A DNA stretch of 64,000 nucleotides, taken from NCBI GenBank assembly GCA_964405385.1, contig CAYONS010000002.1:5019-69018 (forward strand). Reading direction: 5' to 3'. Numbering within the stretch: the stretch's first letter is position 1; every line of letters starts with the position of its first letter. Position numbers and translations under genes: made by a program. The stretch is from an uncultured Syntrophothermus sp. GTDB taxonomy: Bacteria; Bacillota; Syntrophomonadia; Syntrophomonadales; Syntrophothermaceae. Positions 55,405-62,994 of the stretch are shown here, piece after piece. Under the pieces are notes generated by a model that saw only the letters and a list, made by a program, of their open reading frames with translations, did no database searches and was not told the DNA's origin.

Positions 55405-56430
55405 TCAAATCCCCTCTTCAGGCATGCCGTGTCTATCGAAGATGCTGCGTTTGTCAACCGATCCGGCGGACATAGCTGCTATCACACCCGACACCAACAA
55501 CACCCCACCGGCGGCTGCTAAGCCAAGTCCGGGATCCGACTTGACCCTTAGGATAGTCATTGGCTCTACACCGTGGAATACCACGAATACGCCGTCATCC
55601 ACCATGACCTTCCTGCCCGGCTCAGCAGCTCCGACCCCGATTAACCTGTCATTCTCATAAACGGAGTAGAGTACACGAGCATCACCTGTTCTCGTGGAAG
55701 TCTGAAGCATACCACGTTGGGGGTCAAAATCCGTAAAATACCGGACTACCTTTACTACACGCCCGGTGCGCGGTATCCTGACATGTTCACGCTGACGCAC
55801 AAGTCGCTCCGGTTGAGAGACGGAATCTGCAACCGCTTCAACCTTAACTAAGTATGCAAAGCCTGTCTGGTATACCTTCATTCCCCCAATTACTAACGGG
55901 TGATTTACGCTTATCACCCGTTTCACTTTTTGCCCCTTTGAACTGTGTAAGGTTACGTGAGAATAGAATTGGGAAGGAGAGCCGTCTTCGTAGACTGCTA
56001 TATCAAAGGCATCCAGGGTCATGTAAACAGAGGCCTCCGCCTCGATATGGGGAGACAGATTAACCGTTTGCCCCTCCAAAACGGTTATCTCCCTGCTGTA
56101 ACCGAAGAAGTTATTGATTGCAGCTCCAATCAACACCAGGACGATACCCAAGTGCAACATGATAACCCCGGTATGCCGCATTATATAATTCGCGTTGGCT
56201 GCGGCTGCGCCACGCAGGAGCCGCGAGACAAACCGGTTCAATTTCGCAAAAGTGCACAGCACCAAGTTTGCAAGCAGCAGCAGGATTAAGAGCCGGAACA
56301 CAACCGCATGGAAAAACCCGGAGGGAAATGCCACACTTCCCACGGCCGTATGCAGCCCGATAAGAAAAAGCAAGACCAATCCAGTGTCCACCGATGAAAC
56401 AACACGGTAAAATCTTGTTGCGCGTGACAT
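55405..56430 (-). CDS. resB: cytochrome c biogenesis protein ResB/CcsB
   Basis: The start is trimmed to ATG 56428-56430 (MSRATRFYRVVSS) after an AGGAGAGGAAGC SD. It has N-terminal TM segments, a large extracytoplasmic loop and a C-terminal TM segment, and is paired with ccsA. Confidence 0.8.
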   Translation of the reverse strand: MSRATRFYRVVSSVDTGLVLLFLIGLHTAVGSVAFPSGFFHAVVFRLLILLLLANLVLCTFAKLNRFVSRLLRGAAAANANYIMRHTGVIMLHLGIVLVLIGAAINNFFGYSREITVLEGQTVNLSPHIEAEASVYMTLDAFDIAVYEDGSPSQFYSHVTLHSSKGQKVKRVISVNHPLVIGGMKVYQTGFAYLVKVEAVADSVSQPERLVRQREHVRIPRTGRVVKVVRYFTDFDPQRGMLQTSTRTGDARVLYSVYENDRLIGVGAAEPGRKVMVDDGVFVVFHGVEPMTILRVKSDPGLGLAAAGGVLLVSGVIAAMSAGSVDKRSIFDRHGMPEEGI

Positions 56431-56465
56431 GCTTCCTCTCCTAACCCGTTCTGTAACAGATACTT

Positions 56466-56996
56466 TTACTGCTGCCACCCTTCCGGAAGACTGTCCATCC
56501 ATTCAAACTGATGGCACTGAGCGCACATCACTTGCGATTCACGATGCATGCTATGACAGAGGTTGCACTCCTGTTCTCCGTTGTGATTGTCATGAGGGTT
56601 AGATTCCTCGAAGTCAGTCGCACTTTTCACCTTTTCAAAATCATGACAAGAGAGACAAAATTCTCTGGTCCCGAAGTCGCGCCTTGCCAGCGGCGTCTCA
56701 TAATCACCTGTCACGTATTTGACACCTTCGCTGATCTTATCTGATAGCGACTCTTGATGACAGTCGTGACAAGTTACGTCGTGTTCCGCGTGTTTATGGG
56801 CTAAGAGGTTGCCTTCATTCCACGAATCGTAATAAGGTTTGATGATATGGCAATAAGAACAAAAGCCCGGCTTCTCGCTGGCCTTCAAAAGGCCAAATCC
56901 TGATCCACTGCCTATCACTATCAGAACAGCGGCTATCAGCGCCAGGTTCCTCTTCTTTCCCGTCCATTTCCTTGTTTGGTCCTTCATTTCATCCAT
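56466..56996 (-). CDS. membrane-anchored multihaem cytochrome c (NapC/NirT/NrfH-like), five CxxCH motifs
   Basis: 176 aa with an N-terminal TM segment (LALIAAVLIVIGSG). Haem motifs are CSYCH, CHDCH, CLSCH, CNLCH and CAQCH. Confidence 0.85.
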   Translation of the reverse strand: MDEMKDQTRKWTGKKRNLALIAAVLIVIGSGSGFGLLKASEKPGFCSYCHIIKPYYDSWNEGNLLAHKHAEHDVTCHDCHQESLSDKISEGVKYVTGDYETPLARRDFGTREFCLSCHDFEKVKSATDFEESNPHDNHNGEQECNLCHSMHRESQVMCAQCHQFEWMDSLPEGWQQ

Positions 56997-57058
56997 AGCA
57001 CGCACCCCTTCTGGTCGGAATCTTCTGGTACCAACTGAACACGCTTTGGGAATTGCCC

Positions 57059-57547
57059 TTAATCGCCAAGTATAGAGCCCAAACCATTGCCCTTGTTAAC
57101 GTATTTCACCAACTCATTGGTTAATAGCCCTGTTAACAGCCCCGTAGGTACAGAAAACGCCAACATCCAAGGCAGGTAAAAGAACATACCAGGAAAACGC
57201 AGAACAAGTGTTGCCATGGCCAGCTGTCCTATATTGTGGAAGGCAGCTCCCAGAATGCTAATACCTACAATCCCCACTACATTACAGAATCTTAGCCCCA
57301 GAGCCATAACCGCAGCGGACGTAACGGCACCGGCAAAGCTCATAAGAAACCCCATGCCAAACAAGGTCCCCGCCAGCAAGGAGCCGAGAACCGTGCGCAA
57401 AATGACGATTTGCAGGGCCGTCCTAAAATCAAAGACTGCTAACGCCACCAAAGTAATAATGTTGGCCAACCCCAGTTTCACACCGGGAACGGGAACAGGA
57501 TTGGGAAACAGGCTTTCGAGGTAATGAAGAGCCGTGGCCTGAGCCAC
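57059..57547 (-). CDS. Gx-transporter / Hpre_diP_synt_I-family membrane protein (ECF S-component-like)
   Basis: 162 aa from GTG, with 4-5 TM segments and LESLFPNPVPVPGVKLGLANIITL. Family-like sequence (TKRLALIATF) continues upstream without a canonical start codon. Confidence 0.7.
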   Translation of the reverse strand: MAQATALHYLESLFPNPVPVPGVKLGLANIITLVALAVFDFRTALQIVILRTVLGSLLAGTLFGMGFLMSFAGAVTSAAVMALGLRFCNVVGIVGISILGAAFHNIGQLAMATLVLRFPGMFFYLPWMLAFSVPTGLLTGLLTNELVKYVNKGNGLGSILGD

Positions 57548-57593
57548 AAAAGTGGCAATTAGGGCCAGCCTCTTGGTCGATATCGTTCGATTT

Positions 57594-58523
57594 TCAGGTT
57601 CCAGTTAGGAATCCCTCCTTTCTCCTCGGCTGCACCAGCTGACGCCGACCGGAAGATGAAGATACGTATCCGGACGCGTTCAGCAACCTCATGATCTCGC
57701 AAGCCGCTTCTCGGGTGCTCTTGACATCTTTTTTGACATCGAAACCCTTGGCAGCAAGAGCCAGCAAGACCTGTAGATATTCGGGCAGGTCCAGGCAGTA
57801 TCGATTCAGGATTTCATGCTCCGCAACAAGCGCATCCACGCTGCCGAAAAACATTAGGCAGCCTCCGTCCAAAACGGCGATTTTATCAGCACTATTCAGT
57901 ATTCCTTTCAGATCGTGCGATATCATTATCGTCGTCTCGCGTCTTTCCTTGCGCTGCCTAATAATGTCGAAGACCAATCTCTTCCCGGCCGCATCCAAAC
58001 CCGCCAGTGGTTCATCCAGTACAAGTATCTCTGGGCGAATAGCCAAAATCCCGGCTATGGCTACTCGTCTTCGCACACCCCCACTCAACGTAACCGGATT
58101 AGCCTCGACAACGTTTTCCGGAGTCAGCCCGACTTGTGTTAAAGCGTGAAACGTTCTTTCCCGTACTTCGCTTTCCGGCAAACCCAGGTTCCTGGGGCCG
58201 TACGCAATTTCATCGTAAACCGTGGTCTGAAAGATCTGTTGTTCTGGATATTGAAACACCAAACCAACGGTTTTCCAAAGATCGCGGCTCGTTTGCGGAT
58301 CAGACGCATCGAGCCCACATATCTTTAAAGCACCCTTTTTCGGTCGGATCAACCCGTTAAGGTGTTGTGCCAGAGTAGACTTACCGGAACCATTAGGCCC
58401 GAATATTCCGATAAACTCTCCTCGATATATGGAAAGACTGATATCATTGAGAGCCTTGCGCTCGTAAGCCGAGCCAGGTGCATAGGTAAAAGAAAGATTG
58501 CTGATCTTTATAATCTCTGACAT
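57594..58523 (-). CDS. ecfA: energy-coupling factor (ECF) transporter ATPase
   Basis: 309 aa with Walker A (GPNGSGKST), the signature LSGGVRRRV, Walker B (LVLDEPLAGLD) and a ~25-aa C-terminal tail. Confidence 0.88.
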   Translation of the reverse strand: MSEIIKISNLSFTYAPGSAYERKALNDISLSIYRGEFIGIFGPNGSGKSTLAQHLNGLIRPKKGALKICGLDASDPQTSRDLWKTVGLVFQYPEQQIFQTTVYDEIAYGPRNLGLPESEVRERTFHALTQVGLTPENVVEANPVTLSGGVRRRVAIAGILAIRPEILVLDEPLAGLDAAGKRLVFDIIRQRKERRETTIMISHDLKGILNSADKIAVLDGGCLMFFGSVDALVAEHEILNRYCLDLPEYLQVLLALAAKGFDVKKDVKSTREAACEIMRLLNASGYVSSSSGRRQLVQPRRKEGFLTGT

Positions 58524-59347
58524 ATATATCCTACCAACTCGCCAACCGATTTAACGTTTGAAGGAATATTCAGTCCGCTTGCCTCCAACTCCCCGATAAG
58601 CTCGTAAATTTCCGGACAGCCGAGGCCCAGAGTTCTGAGTTCATTACTAAAGAAAACATCCCGGGGCGTGCCATCCAAAAGAACCGACCCCCGATCAAGC
58701 ATGACCAAGCGATCAGCCTGAATCAGATCCTCAGGGTCATGACTGATCAAGATGACGGTTATCCCCTGCTCCTTATTCAACATGTAAAGCTGGGACAAGA
58801 GATTTCGCCTGCTTGCCGGATCCAGCATAGAGGTGGGCTCATCGAGAACCAGATACTCGGGCAACATGGCCAGTACTGAAGCCAAGGCCACCATTTGTTT
58901 CTTTCCGCCCGACAAAAGGTGAGGTGCGTGGTATCGCTCGTCCTCAAGACCGCAGGTATGCAAAGCCCATTCTATCCGGCGCCTTATTTCGGCAAGAGGC
59001 AACCCTAAATTTTCGAGCCCGAAGGCAATTTCTTCCTCAACAATCGGGCACAGCAATTGATGATCGGGATTTTGGAAAACCATTCCCACCGAACGCCTGA
59101 TCTTTCCAAGATTGGCTGGCTGGTCTGTATTCATCCCGTTCACATAGACTTTTCCCGCTGTTGGTTTGATGAGCCCGTTAAGGAGACGGGCCAGGGTCGA
59201 TTTGCCCGATCCGTTCATCCCTAAGACACCAATATATTCGCCTTTGTTTATAGTGAGCGAAACATTGTGCAAAGCCAAAACAGCGTTCCCCGACGCGCCA
59301 CTATACTGTTTAGTCACATTAACCAGTTCAATTCCGGATACGGGCAT
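58508..59347 (-). CDS. ecfA: energy-coupling factor (ECF) transporter ATPase
   Basis: The start is trimmed to ATG 59345-59347 (MPVSGIELVNV) after a GAGGAG SD. Contains GMNGSGKST, LSGGKKQMV and LVLDEPTSMLD. Confidence 0.88.
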   Translation of the reverse strand: MPVSGIELVNVTKQYSGASGNAVLALHNVSLTINKGEYIGVLGMNGSGKSTLARLLNGLIKPTAGKVYVNGMNTDQPANLGKIRRSVGMVFQNPDHQLLCPIVEEEIAFGLENLGLPLAEIRRRIEWALHTCGLEDERYHAPHLLSGGKKQMVALASVLAMLPEYLVLDEPTSMLDPASRRNLLSQLYMLNKEQGITVILISHDPEDLIQADRLVMLDRGSVLLDGTPRDVFFSNELRTLGLGCPEIYELIGELEASGLNIPSNVKSVGELVGYICQRL

Positions 59348-59372
59348 GATGCCACTCCTCACATTACTTTGC

Positions 59373-60155
59373 CTAAATGACTGTTGCCACAGCAACCGTG
59401 AAAAGAACAGCAGCAATTGTCATCGCAACAAAATCCCGCCCGTGCATTTTGAGGCTGCTCAGGCGTAACAGATTTGGATGGGGGCTGTAACATCGGCTGT
59501 CCATCGCTTCGCCTAAATCAGCAGCCCTTGTTAAAGAAGCGTTGAATAAGGGAATTACTACGGCTGTGTAACTTTTTATCTTAACCATAATGCTGGGTGA
59601 ATCGAACTGAGCTCCCCGCGACCTCTGGGCGTTCTTGACGGTAGCCGCCTCTTCGAACACGGTAGGCAGAAAGCGAAACGAAATCCCTAAGACAGTGACA
59701 AGATTCTGAACAGGAATGTTCAATCGTCTTAGAGGGCTCATAAGAGCCTCTATCCCCGTAGACAGTCTTACGGGGGTAGTGGTCATAAGCAGCACTAAAG
59801 ACCCTATGAACAAGACGACCAGTCTTACTATGTTGATAGTTCCAGCCATTAGTCCCTCTCTGGTTAGGGCCAAGACTCCAACAGTAACAACAGGTTGCCC
59901 GTGAGTAAGCAATCCCTGGCAAAGCAGGGTAACGAGCAGCAGAGCCTTTATGCGGTAGATACTTTTCAACACAAGCCTCAAACTCAGTCCAGAAACCAAT
60001 ACGACCGCCAGCATCAGGGACAGCAACCCGAGCAAGTAATAAAGGTTGGTGCTGATCATCACGGAGATGACCGCCAAGGTGCAGCAGATTATCTTTGTCC
60101 TCGGATCCAGCGCATGAATTACGGAATCACCGTGGACGTACTGCCCTAGTTTCAT
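59373..60155 (-). CDS. ecfT: ECF transporter transmembrane (T) component
   Basis: 260 aa. The N-terminus DSVIHALDPRTKI is typical of EcfT/CbiQ. The conserved Arg-containing coupling helices (AQRSRGA) are present. Confidence 0.85.
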   Translation of the reverse strand: MKLGQYVHGDSVIHALDPRTKIICCTLAVISVMISTNLYYLLGLLSLMLAVVLVSGLSLRLVLKSIYRIKALLLVTLLCQGLLTHGQPVVTVGVLALTREGLMAGTINIVRLVVLFIGSLVLLMTTTPVRLSTGIEALMSPLRRLNIPVQNLVTVLGISFRFLPTVFEEAATVKNAQRSRGAQFDSPSIMVKIKSYTAVVIPLFNASLTRAADLGEAMDSRCYSPHPNLLRLSSLKMHGRDFVAMTIAAVLFTVAVATVI

Positions 60156-60205
60156 CGCCGTCTTCGAACCCCTTCGTAATCCTTATATCGGTTATCCTTC
60201 AGTTG

Positions 60206-60565
60206 TCAATCAGTTGTTATTTCCACAATCACCCTGTTAGGCATACATACGGCTATATCACCATATTTTTCTAACCATCCGGTGTGTACGCATATCAGAT
60301 TAGGGCAATCCGATTTCTCGAATCTGATTCTGCCCTTTTCCACCCGAATCAGATTGTGATAATTCCCCGATATCAATATGTTTCGAGGCTTTTCGACCTT
60401 GTCCAGATTGATGCGCTCAATTACCTTGTTGTCTTGAATGATAACCGCTATCCGCTCGCCGCTATGTTGCTTTCGAGAGAATTCTTTATGATACTTGAAG
60501 CCGGCTGCGCCGGCCATAATCCCAAAAGCCAGCAGGACAACTAAAAAAACCTTCTTCTTATCCAT
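60206..60565 (-). CDS. NusG domain II-containing (DUF1312) membrane-anchored protein
   Basis: The start is trimmed to ATG 60563-60565 (MDKKKVFLVVLLAFG). It has one TM segment and then a beta-rich domain with CPNLICVHTGW, as in NusG_II proteins. Confidence 0.7.
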   Translation of the reverse strand: MDKKKVFLVVLLAFGIMAGAAGFKYHKEFSRKQHSGERIAVIIQDNKVIERINLDKVEKPRNILISGNYHNLIRVEKGRIRFEKSDCPNLICVHTGWLEKYGDIAVCMPNRVIVEITTD

Positions 60566-60719
60566 TATGACTCCCTCTTCCCGGCGCTCGTTATCGATCC
60601 TCGAGCAGGAGAAACCGCAGCTTTTGTCTGGACTTATCATACCATGACAGGTCCCAAGAGCGATAAAGGACATGCGGGGAACCCAACTGGGGAAGGTCCC
60701 CGCATGTCGTCCAGAAACA

Positions 60720-62261
60720 TTAACTAGTCAAACCCTTAGCGTACAAGGCTGCATTCTTGCCAGCGGTTCTGCCGGTGTAGCAAGAGTATCCTTGGGCCGA
60801 ACCGGGAAGAGTTAACCCGTAAGTATCGCCGGTAAACCCGTCACAATCCAGTCCCGCAGCGTATAGACCTGCAATCGGCTTGTAGTCTTTGTTCAGGGCT
60901 TCCATTTTCTGATTAACCCTGATGCCGCCACACGTAGCCAGGTTAGCCACCTTGAGCCGGAAGCCGTAGAACGGTCCGGTTTCCACAGGATGCAGGTATT
61001 GCGGGTCCTTCCCATACTCTAAGTCTTTGCCCGTTTTGCAGTACTCATTGTAAGCTCTCACGGTCTCCAAGAAGGTATCCCGGTCAATACCCATTTTGTC
61101 AGCCAGCTCCTCCAGGGTGTCGGCCTTGAAAACAGAAGGCAGCTTCTTTTCGACCGCTTTCTGGAGCTCGGCCTCTAATTTGTCCAATTTTGTGCCCGGC
61201 GTTACATACATGCCGTAGCCAACCGTACAGCCCTCGGTTGCCAACCTCTTGACTTCGTTGCTGTCCATCACGGAAAAAGCCCGGTGCTGAGTCGTGACGG
61301 CATTGCCCGCACGGGTGTAATACCACACAACGTCTTCATTGCAGAAGCGTTTCCCGTCTTGGTTTACCCAGAGAGAGGGCTCCATGGCTCCTGCCGTATT
61401 GATATGAGAATCAATGGGCGTGCCTTCCAAAGTCAGACCGAGCTTCATTACTATCGCGCGTTCGCCCGTGAGAGCGCCGGCTGCTTGAGCCATCTTTATC
61501 CCGTCACCCGTGTGCCCAGGAGCTGCTCTGTCAACTAGGTTGTCCACGTCAACGCGCGTGAGTTCGTAAATCATTTCCTTGTTGTTCCCAAAACCGCCTG
61601 TGGCCAAAACGACCGCCTTAGCGTTGATGATTAGTTCTTTGCCATCCTTGGTCTTTGCCTTAACTCCGGCAACTTTCCCGTCCTTCATGATCAGTTCCGT
61701 GGCCGGGGTGCTCGTTAATATCTCGACACCCAGTTTTTCCGCTGCAGGCTTCATGTGTTCGTTGATGACAGTCTCTCCAAATCCTTCATAGACGTGCCAG
61801 GTCTTATTACCGGCACCCGTACTGGTTACCGTCTCGAATTTCACTCCCATGTCCATGAGCCATTGAATGTCCTCGCCGGCGTGCTTCATAACGTCTCTCC
61901 ACAGATTTCCGTCAACCCTGTAATTGGAAAACTCAAACTCTTCCCGCAGCAGTTCTTGCTGGTTGACCGTGATGCCCAATTCTTTTTGGATCGGGCTTTC
62001 GCAGCCGAATATACCTTCTGCAAAGTTCGTGCTTCCACCTAGAACACTCTGTTTCTCCAGCAATATTACTTTCGCGCCCTGACTGGCAGCTTCAATGGCT
62101 GCTGACATTCCGGCCATCCCTGAACCCACCACTACCACATCAGCTTCTTTCGCCTCTGCTTTACTTTCTTGTTTTTCGCCGCCAGCACCACCGCAACCAA
62201 CCAGGACAAACATCATAGCCAGTGCCAGGAATAACGCCAGTAACTTGCGAGCTTGTTTCAT
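60720..62261 (-). CDS. extracytoplasmic lipoprotein FAD-dependent oxidoreductase (soluble fumarate-reductase/flavocytochrome flavin-domain family), substrate unknown
   Basis: 513 aa with signal peptide and lipobox MKQARKLLALFLALAMMFVLVGC and no twin-Arg. Contains an FAD fold (VVVVGSGMAGMSAA) and the C-terminal GLYAAG motif. Confidence 0.85.
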   Translation of the reverse strand: MKQARKLLALFLALAMMFVLVGCGGAGGEKQESKAEAKEADVVVVGSGMAGMSAAIEAASQGAKVILLEKQSVLGGSTNFAEGIFGCESPIQKELGITVNQQELLREEFEFSNYRVDGNLWRDVMKHAGEDIQWLMDMGVKFETVTSTGAGNKTWHVYEGFGETVINEHMKPAAEKLGVEILTSTPATELIMKDGKVAGVKAKTKDGKELIINAKAVVLATGGFGNNKEMIYELTRVDVDNLVDRAAPGHTGDGIKMAQAAGALTGERAIVMKLGLTLEGTPIDSHINTAGAMEPSLWVNQDGKRFCNEDVVWYYTRAGNAVTTQHRAFSVMDSNEVKRLATEGCTVGYGMYVTPGTKLDKLEAELQKAVEKKLPSVFKADTLEELADKMGIDRDTFLETVRAYNEYCKTGKDLEYGKDPQYLHPVETGPFYGFRLKVANLATCGGIRVNQKMEALNKDYKPIAGLYAAGLDCDGFTGDTYGLTLPGSAQGYSCYTGRTAGKNAALYAKGLTS

Positions 62262-62591
62262 ACTCTGCCGCCTCCTTTTCCTATATTGCTTCTTTGTAAA
62301 GTTTTAAGACTATTTTCAACATCTGGGTTCAAGACGAGGTTGCGCTTCTTACCATGGAATCAGGTGCACAAGCCTTTAATGAGGAGTGGCCTTCTTAGTT
62401 GTAAAGGAAAGAGAGTTTCCGTACTCGATACCTATAACCCTGTTAGACTGTAACTGATCCGTTAGCAGGTTCAAGTCGGCACTTCTTTCACCCCCCTTCC
62501 GCGGCCACCCTCCGGACAATCAGTTACTCGTGGCGAAATTCGCTTGCGGATTGCCTTTTTGTCTGTTCGCCTTGTTTTGCCTGTATCTTGT

Positions 62592-62608
62592 TGCAAAGTT
62601 CATGCCGA
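62592..62608 (-). promoter_or_regulatory. candidate sigma-54 -24/-12 promoter facing the reductase operon
   Basis: Minus strand reads tcGGCATGaactTTGCAa. GG and GC are separated by exactly 10 nt, as in TGGCAC-N5-TTGC. It lies ~330 nt upstream of the 62261 start. Confidence 0.4.
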
Positions 62609-62994
62609 CACTAAAAGGGCGTTCTTTCGGCATATGGCAAAATCTGTGTCTCAGAAAAAAGTTTCATTAATGTTCTTTGAGACTTGACTCCGGCTTTTTC
62701 GTGCTGTATCTAAGAGTTAAGACCGGAAACAACGGTCCCGGTCAGAAAAGGACGCGGGCATACCACTGCTCCAGTAAATGCCTGTGCTCAGCGATTAACA
62801 CCTATCCTTGGGACGATAATGACCAATGCTCAGGGAAGACGCGATTCAACTGCGATTGGCATTTCGGTGTGAACAAGAGTCGGTTCGCTTTTGAGCGAAC
62901 GAAAACGGTGCTTTCTGGCGAATACCAGAGGCTCGGGATTGGCAGTTACATGGTGGAGGCAATCGATGGGCTGAACGAGGGGAGTGGTAGCACG

